Under the pieces are notes generated by a model. The model ran no database searches and had not been told where the DNA came from. It worked only from the letters and a program-made list of their open reading frames with translations. Shown here piece by piece: positions 13,688 to 25,565 of a DNA stretch of 64,000 nt. The stretch comes from Squalus acanthias (taxonomy: Eukaryota), in contig CM059431.1 of assembly GCA_030390025.1 (NCBI GenBank), positions 119,166,001 through 119,230,000 of the forward strand. Reading direction: 5' to 3'. How positions within the stretch are numbered: position 1 is the stretch's first letter; each line of letters begins with the position of its first letter. The position numbers and the translations under genes are program-made.

Positions 13688-13790
13688 ATAAAAACAGAAA
13701 ATGCTGGAAATACCCAGCAGGTCAGGCAACATCTGTGTTGAGAAAAACAGAGTTAACATTTCAGTTCGATGACCTTTCGTCAGTTCTGAG
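13688..13790 (-). repeat. Penelope-like terminal repeat with hammerhead core
   Basis: Minus strand CTGACGA-AAGGTCATCGAACT-GAAATGTTAAC; copies at 36390, 44752, 46560, 48165. Confidence 0.6.
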
Positions 13791-14849
13791 GGTGATGTTC
13801 CTGCAGCTGACTATCTCAGCCACTTCTCTCTTCAGGACTGGTGATTGCTCAATTTTGGAATCTTCCTGCTATTGGTGGGAAAGAGAACTTCCCTCCTCAC
13901 CCTCACCTCTTTGACCAGGACCTCCAAGGAGGCTTCAGTAAACCTGAGGCCTTTAAGAGGTGCATTCCCACTTTAAGCCTCTGGAAATGGGAGGACCTCC
14001 TGTCTCGATGTGATTGGGTGAGAAACACGGCAGTCAAATTAGCCCTGGCTTAAAATGCAAGCCAGAGAGTGTATTTCGCATTTGCCTCACCCAACCAAAA
14101 CCCTCTCGGAGTTAAAATCGACCCCAAGGTCTTGATTAGCTTATTGATTCTGTTAATGTTGTATCTTATCTAAACATACAAAGTCTCCTGATTCATTATT
14201 TTTCAAAGGGAGAGTGATGTTTTACAAAATTAGACCTTTAATGCTCGATGCCAAAAACCAATCAGTGGATATTTTACTGAACTAATGCTGTAACAGGGTT
14301 ATTTAAACTGACTGCTATACAATTCGCAAGCCCTAATTAGACACCATGTAAATTTGCTTTGTTATGTCAATGCATGTCTACTTCCAACTATTTGCAATAC
14401 TCTACTTTTCTGTTGCATAAAACATTAAATCAGCGTTAAATAATTTCTATTATTGGTGAACTTTATCATCAAATGTATTCTGACAATTAAAAAATGCATA
14501 TAGAACCTGCTGTATCTGAATCATGTTATAAACTTTTTCATAACTTGGATCAGAACAAATGAACATTCGACTATAATTTATATAGGATGCTAAGTTCCTT
14601 AAAAACCCATAGCAGAAAAAACTTGATTACACCTGTGTGCCAATCCTTTGATAATATTACTACACAGTAACGATGTCTATCTTTGATAAAATCAAATCAG
14701 TATTGGGCATAAATGTCATTGGCAATAATAAAAGCGGATGAAAAGCTGATGAACCTAAATGTTAAATGTCATTCCTCAATAAAGCTCTCAGAACGCAACG
14801 TCAATGCTAACATTTAGGAATTATAAGAGGTGTGTGCATCTATAATATT

Positions 14850-15613
14850 GGCCCTGAAAATCCGTTCCCTATGGGTGTGTACGCGCTGTGTACTCACCCG
14901 TAGGGCCAACGGAAGTGCCGGTTTCGCGCATGCACTGCGGATGCGCTGGAAACCGGAACTTCCGTTCTCTTGAAGGAAGGGGTTCACAGGTGAACCGCGT
15001 GTGCCGGAGAGGCAGCGCATAAGCATCGAACTTCCGTTTTTTTCTCAGTTGATGCAGTGCGGGTAAGTCCCTAGCATCTGCGCGTGGAAAAAGCAGGCGC
15101 AAGGCCTGCTTTTAACAAGGTAAGAGGTGAAGAAAGTAAAAGTAAAACATTTTTTCCACAGGTTTATCATTTTAAAATACTTTAAAGAAAGGTAAGTTTA
15201 TTTTTAGCCCCGTTAAAAACATCAATTATTTTTTTCAAAAATTTAAATTTTTGTTTAAAGTAGTTAATTTATGTAATTTATAGTTATTTTAAAAATGTGA
15301 TGTTTTTTAAAAAAATTATTTGAAGTTTTACTTAGGTTTTGGGGCCGATCTCTATTCATAGATTTGACAGGTCTTCCTGTCAAATCTATGAATGGAGATT
15401 CCCTGCTCCGATTGGCTCCCCATGGCCCACGTGATCCCAGGGACGCTGCGAACTAACTTTGCCCCTGGGATACGCGAGCACTGCGCACCGGCAGCTGGAG
15501 GAGGCCCAGGAATGGAATTCTGCACGGGCCAAGAGCATAACGGTAGGCGTGCTTCTGAAGTGCAGGTCGGGGGCTTGCGCCCGCAGGAAGCCTCCGACCG
15601 GAATTTCTGGGCC
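14850..15613 (+). mobile_element. Harbinger-type MITE (family B)
   Basis: TIR GGCCCTGAAAATCCG vs GGCCCAGAAATTCCG; ATT on both flanks; GC-rich ends with AT-rich core; homologous to 26688-27452. Confidence 0.85.
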
Positions 15614-15754
15614 ATTTTAAAACTATATTATGTTCCACAGTTCCTATACTCGCTACCCTTGTTTCCTGTGTTATGATTTATGAGTAACACTCCTTGGATT
15701 AAAGGATTTATAATGGTAAAACCCAATGTTAACATTTAAAATGAGATAACTGTA

Positions 15755-16513
15755 GGGGGAGAAATTTGATGGGTTATCGCCTCCCATTAGCACCCCCGGG
15801 GGGCGATAACGGGGCGCGAATGAATTACAGCCCGGGCGCGGCGAGATGAACGATTCCCGCAAACTTGGCCGGGAGGTTTGCGGCGGCGGTAACACTTTGC
15901 GCCACGATCTCCTGCGCCCGGAGATCGTGACGTCATTGCCGTGCGCATCGCCCCCATAGCGCCCCGGACCCGAACTTCGGTTCCGCCCCCTGCAGCATCG
16001 CCGGGCGATGACACCGACAGCTGCAGGAGGCGTTGTTCGGGAGGCCGGGCGCTTCGGGAGCAGAAGTTAAAGGGGAGGTTGCCAAGGCAAGTAGCCACAT
16101 TTCTGAAATTTGTTTTGCAATTCTTTTCAATTTTCCTCAGCCGCGATCAATCAGCCTGGCACTCTGCTGGAGTGCATGGGGCTGATCGGGCCTGATTGTG
16201 GCTGCTGTCGGGGACCAGCTAACTAGTCCCAATGCAGAGCCTGCAGCGATGGCCCTTCCCTTTAAGGGAGGAAAGGAGCCTCGGATCACGGAAGCGCTGC
16301 ACGGGACATTGTGCAGCGCTGCACCACTACCGCACCGCCTGCGTCCTTTAGCGCGCCAGGAAGGAAGTGGAGCGCTTGATTTAGCGCTCCACTTCGTCCC
16401 TGGAATGCTAAACCCAATTTTGTGAAAGCTGGGAATCATTAGCGCCGGCTGCTAAGTTTCCCAACTTTCAAAAGTTACCGCCTCCAAACAGGGCGATAAT
16501 GAATTTCTCCCCC
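15755..16513 (+). mobile_element. Harbinger-type MITE (family A), uninterrupted
   Basis: TIR GGGGGAGAAATT; near-identical to 3549-4882 without the LINE; CpG-rich. Confidence 0.88.
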
Positions 16514-16628
16514 ATGTGTCAATATCTGCCTCTCATACTGTAATTGCAGATTTCACGACACTAGGTGACGCTATTGCGCCTCCCTGATGGTGCAATTTTC
16601 CTTCGCTACCTTTTCTACAACACAGAAT

Positions 16629-17170
16629 GGGGTAAATTTGTGTCTGGGCCCATTTTCGCGCCTGAACTGAGAAGCCGGAGGATCACCAGGAATTGGTCCT
16701 CGGGCCTCATCTACATATTCGGGATGAGCTACCAGCGCCTGTCGTGCTGCCTTACCAGCAGTGGTTCTCAAGTAATTCCCGGGTTGGGATTGGAGCAAGC
16801 TACAAGTGGGGTGATCGCGATGACTATGGAGTTGGGGGAGCACCCCTGGCTCCACGGTAAGTTTTTTTGAAAGTGGAGAAAAACTTACCTTTTTTTAGCG
16901 GCCGCAGAGGCAGCTGAAGAATTCTGAGCGGGACAGGCCCGACACCTGCTCCACTCATCTTAAACTGATTTCAGCAAAGGTCCTTCAACAGGCATTAGGT
17001 CCTTCATTTATATATCCAAGGGGCCTAATGATTTTCTTAGGAGGACGTCTAAAATCGGACCTGACAAATGCCTGTGCAGATTGGGCTCAGGCCATTCCAC
17101 TGCTAAATTGGTATGGGTGCTCCCATTTTGCACCCAAAAAGCAGGCGTAACACATCCAGATTTTTACCCC
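16629..17170. mobile_element. Harbinger-type MITE
   Basis: GGGGTAAA...TTTACCCC termini with AAT on both flanks. Confidence 0.65.
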
Positions 17171-17254
17171 AATAACTTTATAGCTGGGAGTCACTTCGAG
17201 TCACTTCCGCTTCTGCCACTTGTGCTCTGTTTTAGATTCCACTTCTTCTCTGTC

Positions 17255-17475
17255 ATATGTGAAGAAGGAGCTGAGAAGCAAGAGCGAGCAGTAAGCAGCA
17301 TGGCAAGTGAGTCAGGGAGAAAAGCGCAGCTTAAAGAATGTAGCTAGCAGGAGCAGGATTGGGATCTAGGGCTGGTGAAGCAATGGGCTCCAATCTTAAA
17401 ACAGGACCGATGTGGGAAAGCCAGTGGTTCGAAATGGCAGCAGGACCTAAAGTGGTGTCAAAGAGGTAGAGTGAA
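17255..17475 (+). repeat. Unclassified interspersed repeat (inverted copy at ~20640-20835)
   Basis: Both copies translate ERAVSSMA(S/N)ESGRKAQLKECS. Confidence 0.75.
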
Positions 17476-17538
17476 GATTTGTTGGATAAAGGGAGTGAAA
17501 TTACCTACTTATTGGAAAACATCCGACTGAAAGACAAC

Positions 17539-19373
17539 GGCCGGAATTTTGCTGGCACTCAGAGGACTGGTTTGGAGGCGGGTCTGCTATCAAAATAGCA
17601 AAGATTGACAGCGGGTAGGAAACCTGCTGTCAACCCGCCTCCACGTGAGTCTCCCAGGTGTCGGGTCTGTCTGCGCAGAACTGACGCGACACCAAGCGGC
17701 GGGGGATACAATTGAGTTCATTAAATTACTTGTTAAGATCCAATTTAATGGTACTGTGAGGCTTCCTTCCAATTTTACGTGCTCCCCCACGGGTTACCCG
17801 CTGCTCAGGGAACACGCCAGCTCAAGCTGCCGTGAGTTGAGTCTGCTCTGATGTTTCTGATAAGCTGACAGCTGCAGAAGTGGTGTAAACGATGCCGTGT
17901 CACAGATGGTCAGTTTCAGAGCGCAGAAACTGTTGTTTACTGCATTTGTAATACATATAGAGATTTCTTTAGCTTGCAAGTGTTTAGAGGCAACTGTATA
18001 TCCAGTGCCACCTCATTGGAACAACCTCTCTCACCATTGACAGATCGCTTCTGTCATCTCACCTGCAGCTGACAGCTATTGCAGCAACATCGGTGCACTT
18101 GAAAAAATCAGACCTTGGTGCTCTGAATCATTCCACGATCAGCCCCAACACCAATATCACCAGGCACACCAACATCACCAACAACATCACCAACCTTCTC
18201 CGCCATCACCTGATGCTGCACAGGACAGAGAGCATCAGCACCTGATAACATTGCTGCCCGGGAGGCCAGCGATGGCATCACCATGGCCAGATTTACTTCA
18301 CTTGACGCTGTACATCCTGGCTGCTACATGATGCACCAGGTTGACACCATCCCACACCAGCACCGTGAAGCATCCCTTTAATGTCCAAGCCATTCCGTGC
18401 ACACTCATCACTATAGCGAGGGCAGGGGGAGGGGGGGGTGGGGGTGGGTGTGGGGCGGGGGGGCGGGGGGGGGAAGTTATGTCTCAGCATTCACTGGAAC
18501 TCAGTAAGACACTTCTTAATGTGCGCACAGATCTGTCCAATAAGGGGCAGTGTTGGAAAAATAGATTTCACTGTCTGACAACACATTACCAGAAACTTCA
18601 CATGAACATTGGCTAAACCTCTCAAGTGCCTACCCTTGTGTGTTGTTAGTTCATATGCTTGCAGTACGATGAGGGTGAGTGTGACGGGTGGCTAGTGAGA
18701 TGGGGAAGTGATAATGTAGATAGAGAGGGATGGGTGGAGGTGCAAGGTAAGTTGGTGTGAGTAAGGATGTGCAGGAGAAGGGTATGGAAGGCAGAGTGAT
18801 GGGGATGTGTTGAGTCGCACAGCAGGATGAGGTTGAGTGTGGCTTTGCAGTAACGTTTCATGATCCACTGAGATCATTGAAAGGTTGGCACCACTGCAGC
18901 CAGGGACCCCTGACGACATCCCTGCTTTTGCCCTCCTGTGCAATCTGCAACCAGGCTGCGTTGGTGTCCTGGGGAGGTCTCTTCTGCCCTTGGAAAGGAA
19001 GAGATCCTCCCTGCGTGCTGTGACTCCCTCCATAAGCATATGGAGGGAGTCATTAGAGAGCCTGGGTGCAAGCGTCCATCTTTGTGCAGTGCTTGTCAAT
19101 GTTTGCAGGACCTCAATGCTGTCAAACACTGACAGAACAACAGTCAAACTCAATTTGGCTGTGGTCCCTTTAAGGAAACCGGCTGCTGACGCGTCATCAA
19201 ATGACATCATCAGACCCGCTTCCTGTTAATTGGCCGGGAAGCCCGTAGGGCGGGCTTAACAAGGCCAATCGAGGGAAATCCCTTTGACAGAGCGGCTGCA
19301 GCCAGGATCGTGACTGGAACCCAGAAACCAGCTCTGCCGTCACCATCCCGACACCGCTGATAAAATTGCGGCC
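17539..19373. mobile_element. Non-autonomous Harbinger with internal deletions in both genes
   Basis: TIR GGCCGGAATTTT/GGCCGCAATTTT; flanks AAC/AAT; transposase start fused to its end (+, ~18110-18300); Myb exon 1 APRLSNDSLHMLMEGV (-, ~18860-19080). Confidence 0.8.
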
Positions 19374-19851
19374 AATGAGATTGTGCAAATGAGAGAAGAT
19401 GAAGCACAACGAGCTAGCTTCCTATACAATGCAGTCCTCTCCTATGTACAGGGTTCTTCTCTTAGCACTCACTGTATAAGGAAATGAAATGTTACAGCAA
19501 ACAAACTGAAATGTGGGCAACTAGTAAAGAGAGCCAGATGTTTTCCAGATTTCAGATTACAAAGTGGTGCATAATTGAAGGTGGGATGAGAATGATGCAT
19601 TTCAGGAAGAAAATAAAGCCTTGATGTAGATAAAATCAAGCTGCAGGGATATAAGGACACTGACAAATGATACTTGTTATACAATTTATACACACAGAAG
19701 GGCTTCTAAATGAGATATCTTAAGGAGCAAAACTGAAATTTTGAGGGCATGGACACTATAAAACCACGTCTGAGAAAAGGTCACACGTCTGAAAAATTGT
19801 CTTTCAGAATATTTCTTAATTCGATTGACGATTGTAAATATGATTTTTTTG

Positions 19852-20287
19852 TAATTGGGCCTATACTCTCTGGAGTTTAGAAGAATGAGAGGTGATCTCA
19901 TTGAATCATATAAGATTCTCAGGGGGATTGACAGGGTAGATGCTGAGAGGTTGTTTCCCCTGGCCGGAGAGTCTAGAACTAGGGGGCATAGTCTCAGGAT
20001 AAGGGGTCGGCCATTCAAGACTGAGATGAGGAGGAATATCTTCACTCAGAGGGTTGTGAATCTTTGGAATTCTCTACCCCAAAGGGCTGTGGATGCTGAG
20101 TTATTGAGCATATTCAAGGCAGTGATAGATGGATTTTTGGACTCTAGGGGAATCAAGGATATGGGGATCGGGCGGGAAAGTGGAGTTGAGGTCAAAGATC
20201 AGCCATGATTTTATTAAATGGGGGAGCAGGCTCGAAGGGCTGTATGGCCGACTCCTGCTCCTAATTCTTATTTTCTTATGTTCTTAT
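19852..20287 (+). mobile_element. CR1 LINE 3' fragment
   Basis: GLYSLEFRRMRGDLIESYKIL...NLWNSLPQRAV; TTCTTATG tail. Confidence 0.92.
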
Positions 20288-20310
20288 CTGGCCCACCTTA
20301 GGCCCACTCC

Positions 20311-20593
20311 CATACATAGAAACATAGAAACATATAAACTAGGAGCAGGAGTAGGCCATTCGGCCCGTCGAGCCTGCTCCACCATTCAATACGATCATGG
20401 CTGATCATCCAAATCCAGTACCCTGTCCCTGCTTTCTCACACAGAATCCCCATCGAGCCTGCACCGACACATATCCCACCCTATCCCCGTAACCCCACGT
20501 ATTTAATTCCCCCTAACATATCCCATCCTATCCCCGTAACCCCACATATTTAATCCCCCCCTAACACTAAGGGTCAATTTATCATAGCCAAAT
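20311..20593 (-). mobile_element. HE1-like V-SINE, 5'-truncated
   Basis: Reverse complement of the 3' half of the SINE at 22640; (CATAGAAA)n tail. Confidence 0.88.
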
Positions 20594-21270
20594 ACGATCC
20601 CACATCCCTTCACGCCTCTGTCCTGCTAATGTCCTACTCACTGTACCTCTTTGACACCACTTTAGGTCCTGCTGCCACTTAGAACCACTGGCTTTCCTAC
20701 ATCGATCCTAGTGTCTCAACCCCTAGATCCCAATCCTGCTCCTGCCAGCTACATTCTTTAAGCTGCGCTTTTCTCCCTGACTCATTTGCCATGCTGCTTA
20801 CCGCTCGCTCTCCCTTCTCAACTCCTTCTTCAGATGCCATGGCACCTAAGACCGATAGGAGTATTAAAGGCATACAGCTCCCAGCATCAGGCACAGCTAA
20901 ATAGCAATCTGAAGAAAGAGGGGTGAGCTAATAGGAAGATAACTGGGGAAGTAATACAAAATTAGAGTATAGGAGAAGATAGAGGTCGTGGGAGGCCAGA
21001 TGATGGGAAAGCAGACTTAGAAAAAGGATGGAGACCACAGGGCGTTGGCAGTAAGTAGGTACATTGGAAGCAATGTGCACAGCTGAAGCAATACAGAATC
21101 TAAAAAGAGCTGCTAAAGCCTGCAAACCACATTTTCTCCAAATCCACCCACACACAATCCAACCTGCAACCCTCAACAGCTCTGTTCCCTGCCATGCCAT
21201 CCTCTACCTCACATCTGAAAGTGAATAAGAACAAAATGTGAGAGAAAGTCTCCAGAGAAACAAGCAGGAA

Positions 21271-21670
21271 GCGGGGGTACGGTAGCATAGTGGTTATGTT
21301 ACTGAACTAGTAATCCAGAAGCCTGGACTAATTATCCAAAGTCATGTAGTTCAAATCCCATGGCAGCTGGGGAATTTAAATTCAGTTAATAAATAAATCT
21401 GGAATTAAAAAGCTACTATCAGTAATAGTACCATGAGACTACCAGATTGTCATAAAAACCCATCTGGTTACTAATGTCCTTTAGGGAAGGGAATCTGCCA
21501 CCTTTACCCTGATCTGGCCTATATGTGATTCCAGACCCACAGCAATGTAGTTGACTCTTAACTGCCCTCTGAAATGATGGCTCACCACCACCTTCTCAAG
21601 GGCAATTAGGGATGGGCAATAAATGCTAGCTTTGCCTGTGACACCCACATCCCATGAACAAATAAATCTA
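21271..21670 (+). mobile_element. tRNA-derived SINE with tail shared with the poly(A) LINE family
   Basis: A-box ggtagcatagtgg, B-box gttcaaatccc; 3' ctcaccaccaccttctcaagggcaattagggatgggcaataaat matches the LINE end. Confidence 0.75.
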
Positions 21671-21819
21671 AAAACAAGAGATTAAAGAGCAATATGGACA
21701 GGTAAGAGACAGAACATATTCTCTGATGTCGGTGAGTAATACAGTGGGAGGACCGTTAGTATCGCACATTTTAAAGTATGCAGTGTACATTATATTAACT
21801 GGTACTAGTGAAGAAGTTT

Positions 21820-22060
21820 GAAAGAGTTGTGAATCTTTGGAATTCTCTATTCCAGAGGGCTGTGGATGCTCAGTCGTTGAGTATATTCAAGGCTGAGATC
21901 GATAGATTTTTGGGCACAAAGGGAAACAAGGGACATGGGGATAGGGCAGGAAAGTGGAGCTGTGGTAGAAAATCAGCCATGACCTTATTGAATGGCGGAG
22001 CAGGCTTGAGGGGCCGTATGGCCTACTCCTGCTCCTATATCTGATGTTCTTATGTTCTTA
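21820..22060 (+). mobile_element. CR1 LINE 3' end
   Basis: RVVNLWNSLFQRAVDAQSLSIFKAEIDRFL plus tail. Confidence 0.88.
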
Positions 22061-22139
22061 AAATCAATTGAGTAGTTCTGATGTCATGAATGTCAAGAGA
22101 GACCCTTGATTTAGAATTCTTTCCACAGCAATCCTTTTA

Positions 22140-22290
22140 CAGAGTATTTACAGCACAGAAACAGGCCATTCGGCCCAACAGGTGCATGCTCCACATGGGC
22201 CTCCTCCTACTTTTCTTCATCTAACCCCATCAAGATATCCTTCTATTCTTTTCTCCCTCATTATCTAGTTTCCCCTTAAGTACATCTATG
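22140..22290 (-). mobile_element. CR1 3' UTR fragment (second subfamily)
   Basis: Reverse complement of the tails at 23930-24095 and ~37830-37975. Confidence 0.7.
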
Positions 22291-22639
22291 ACTTTGTTCT
22301 ATAAGTTATTAGAAACAGAAATTCAACGGAAAGTGTTTTATTTCCATTTGAGGGCAGCAGGTTTTAAATTAAAAATTCTAAATTTAGTGATGCCTCACAC
22401 ATGATTCACTCAACAATTTGGCAATTAAATAACCTCTTTTCTTGAAGAAAATATTGCATATTCCACTATATACAGCTATTAGTAATAATTACTGTAGCTA
22501 CAGGAGATGCTTTTGTAAATCAATCATGCAGACAGATATCTTTGTGAAGTATATAATGTGTGCTTAAGAGACAGGTGTTACAGTGACAATTGTATTATTG
22601 AGTGACTCATGGGTTAATTTTAGCAAAGTAACTTATTAA

Positions 22640-23066
22640 GGGCAACACGGTGGCATAGTGGTTAGCACTGGTGCCTCACAGCGCCAGGGACCCGGGTTCG
22701 AATCTGACCTCGGGTGACTGTCTGTGTGGAGTTTGCACATTCTCCCCGTGTCTGCGTGGGTTTCCTCCGGGTGCTCCGGTTTCCTCCCACAGTCCAAAAA
22801 TGTGTGGGTTAGGTTGATTTGGCTATGATAAATTGACCCTTAGTGTTAGGGGGGATTAAATATGTGGGGTTATGGGGATAGGATGGGATATGTTAGGGGG
22901 AATTAAATACGTGGGGTTACGGGGGTAGGGTGGGATATGTGTACTGTGGGGATTAAAGCAGGGACAGGGTACTGGATTTGGATGATCAGCCATGATCGTA
23001 TTGAATGGCGGAGCAGGCTCGACGGGCCGAATGGCCTACTCCTGCTCCTAGATTCTATGTTTCTAT
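22640..23066 (+). mobile_element. HE1-like V-SINE, full length
   Basis: tRNA head (GGTGGCATAGTGG, GGTTCGAATC), V-domain (tgtgtggagtttgcacattctccccgtgtctgcgtgggtttcctccgggtgctccggtttcctccc), CR1-derived tail. Confidence 0.92.
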
Positions 23067-23929
23067 CTAATGTTTATAGTTACCACTTGTATATTTGATC
23101 AAACAATTAATTACATCATGTGAAGCTCCATCTTTTATTGCTTTCCTGCAACAATATATTATGCTCAGCAACGATAATGTAAAGTACATGTGTCTAATGG
23201 AGAATTAGCAAATGAAAGTAATGGAAGAGGATGGCTGCAGTAAATGTTTCTAGCTCATTGTCACTGTAGGTAGATTTCTAACACAAACTAAGTCGTTAGG
23301 GCAAAGGACTAGACAACACTCACATTTCTGTAATGTTGTCAATGATTACTACCTAACACTTGATTCCGTAGGCAGTGTTTGGATATTAACCACTGCAGCT
23401 GGAAATTAAATTTACTGAATTATTTAGTTTCATACAATATTCATTCAGTACTGCCCTTGGCGCTACGCTTTTAATATTTCATATTTCACACTATGCAGCA
23501 TTGCATGCTATTCAAGATTAATGCAATATGAAATGTAAGGAAACATTTACAGAATGGGAGCTTTCACAGGAATGCTGATGTGCCACTAGGTAAATCTGTG
23601 AGATCGGCCGGCCTGGGTACAGAGTGCTTCAACTGAAATGGCAATGTATGGCGCCTCTGAGGAAATTCATTTGTATGACGGTTTTGAGTAAATTTTCAGA
23701 GTTCTTGCAGGCGGTGTATTACCTTGCGCTCTGTGAATGCAGATTGGAAGATTGCGAGTCCGTTGCCTGCAAATTTCCGATGTGCACTTGTAACATGAGG
23801 TGCCTCACAGTGTGCGACGATTCGGAAAACCTACCCTTACGTGTGTGTGTGTGTGTCTGTCTGTGCATGCATCTTTGTACAACAGACCATGTGAGATAAT
23901 GAGTAAATAATTTATCAACTAGTTACTAA

Positions 23930-24095
23930 CTGTTGATGCATTTAAGGGGAAGCTAGGTAAGTACATGAGGGAGAAAGGAATAGAAGGATATGCTGATAGA
24001 GTGAGATGTAGTAAGTTGGCTCGTGTGGAGCATAAACACCAGCATAGACCAGTTGGGCTGAATGGCCTGTTTCTGTGCTGTAAATTCTATGTAAA
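23930..24095 (+). mobile_element. CR1 3' end fragment
   Basis: gatgcatttaaggggaagctaggtaag...gggctgaatggcctgtttctgtgctg. Confidence 0.75.
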
Positions 24096-24349
24096 TTAAT
24101 ATCTACTATGGAGAAAATGTATATCTCATAGTTTCCAGTGTCTATCTGCCTTTCTATTCATCTATCAAAAATGTTAGTATCTGTAATGACTGACTCTAGG
24201 TTCACATCAAAACTTCTGATTGGTTCAGCACTTCTATTCTGAAAAATAACTAATCACAGGTAAAAAAAACTCCCCTTCCTTTTCTGATTGGTTGCTTATC
24301 ACAGTAGAAATGCTGAATCAACCAGATTCAAGGAAAAAAGGTTTTTCTC

Positions 24350-25565
24350 CCTTTCACAAACTCCACTCCCTAGCCACCGACTCCACCCCTCTCTCTGGCA
24401 ACTGTCTGAGGCTGAACCAGACCATGCGCAACCTTGGTGTCACATTTGACTCCGAGATGAGCTTCCGGCCACATATCCGCTCCAACAAGAAAAGCGCCTA
24501 CTTCCACCTCCGTAATACTGCCCATCTCCGCCCCTGCCTCAGCTCATCTGCTGCTGAAACCCTCAACCATGCCTTTGTTATCTTGACTATTCCAATGCTC
24601 TCCTGGCCGGCCTCCCATCTTCCACCTACATAAACTTGAGCTCATCGAAAACTCTGCTGCCCATATCCTATCTCACACCAAGTCCCGTTCACACGTCACC
24701 CCTCTGCTCACTGACCTATCTGGCCTCCTGCTCCGGCAATGCCTCAATTTTAAAATTCTCATCCTTGTTTTCAAATCCCTCCATGGCCTTGGCCCTCCCT
24801 ATCTCTGTAACTTTCTCCAGCCCTACAAGCCTTCGAGAGATCTGCACTCCTACAATTCTGGCTTCTTGTGCATCCCTGATTTTATTCACGCTACCCTTGG
24901 TGACTGTGCTTTCAGCTGTCTAGGCCTTAAGCTCTGGAATTCCACCCCCCCCCAAACCTCTCCGCCTCTCTACCTCTCTCTCCTCCTTTAAAATGCTCCG
25001 TGGGTAACACGGTGGCATAGTGGTTAGCACTGGTGTCTCACAGCGCCAGGGACCCGGGTTCGAATCTGACCTCGGGTGACTGTCTGTGTGGAGTTTGCAC
25101 ATTCTCCCCGTGTCTGCGTGGGTTTCCTCCGGGTGCTCCGGTTTCCTCCCACAGTCCAAAAATGTGCGGGTTAGGTTGATTTGGCTATGATAAATTGACC
25201 CTTAGTGTTAGGGGGGGATTAAATATGTGGGGATAGGATAGGATATGTTAGGGGGAATTAAATACGTGGGGTTACGGGGGTAGGGTGGGATATGTGTACT
25301 GTGGGGATTAAAGCAGGGACAGGGTACTGGATTTGGATGATCAGCCATGATCGTATTGAATGGTGGAGCAGGCTCGACGGGCCGAATGGCCTACTCCTGC
25401 TCCTAGATTCTATGTTTCTATGTTTCTATGTTAAGACCTACCTCTTTAACCAAGCTCTTTGTCATCTGTCATAATATCTCCTTATGTGGCTCGGTATCCA
25501 ATTTCATTTGATAATGCTCCTGGAAAGTTTTACTACAGTAAAGGCGCTGTATAAATACAAGTTGT
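24350..25565 (+). mobile_element. L2 LINE 3' fragment interrupted by a SINE
   Basis: RNLGVTFDSEMSFRPHI...AYFHLRN...LRPCLS..AETLNHAFV; L2-type tail aaaggcgctgtataaatacaagttgttg. Confidence 0.85.
25002..25430 (+). mobile_element. HE1-like V-SINE, full length
   Basis: Near-identical to 22640-23066. Confidence 0.92.

Larger units (their letters stand above)
11825..14125. mobile_element. Old two-gene Harbinger fossil with nested CR1 and Penelope-like repeat
   Basis: Plus strand ~12930-13020 reads PYPAARVYRPRVSCLDMTEKHSIRKLHF (HARBI1-like N-terminus); minus 13237-13600 resembles the Myb-gene last exon. Confidence 0.5.

Noticed and set aside
15755..16513. CpG island or promoter with several short ORFs (also 3549, 14850, 26688, 31188)
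   Set aside because: CpG richness is confined between TIRs of multi-copy MITEs
18421..18475. G-rich tract as a functional G-quadruplex
   Set aside because: Not present at the homologous position of the full-length element; probably simple-repeat expansion
22640..22715. tRNA gene-like sequence (also at 25002, 41297, 21271, 7748)
   Set aside because: A/B boxes run directly into SINE bodies; these are SINE heads, not tRNA genes
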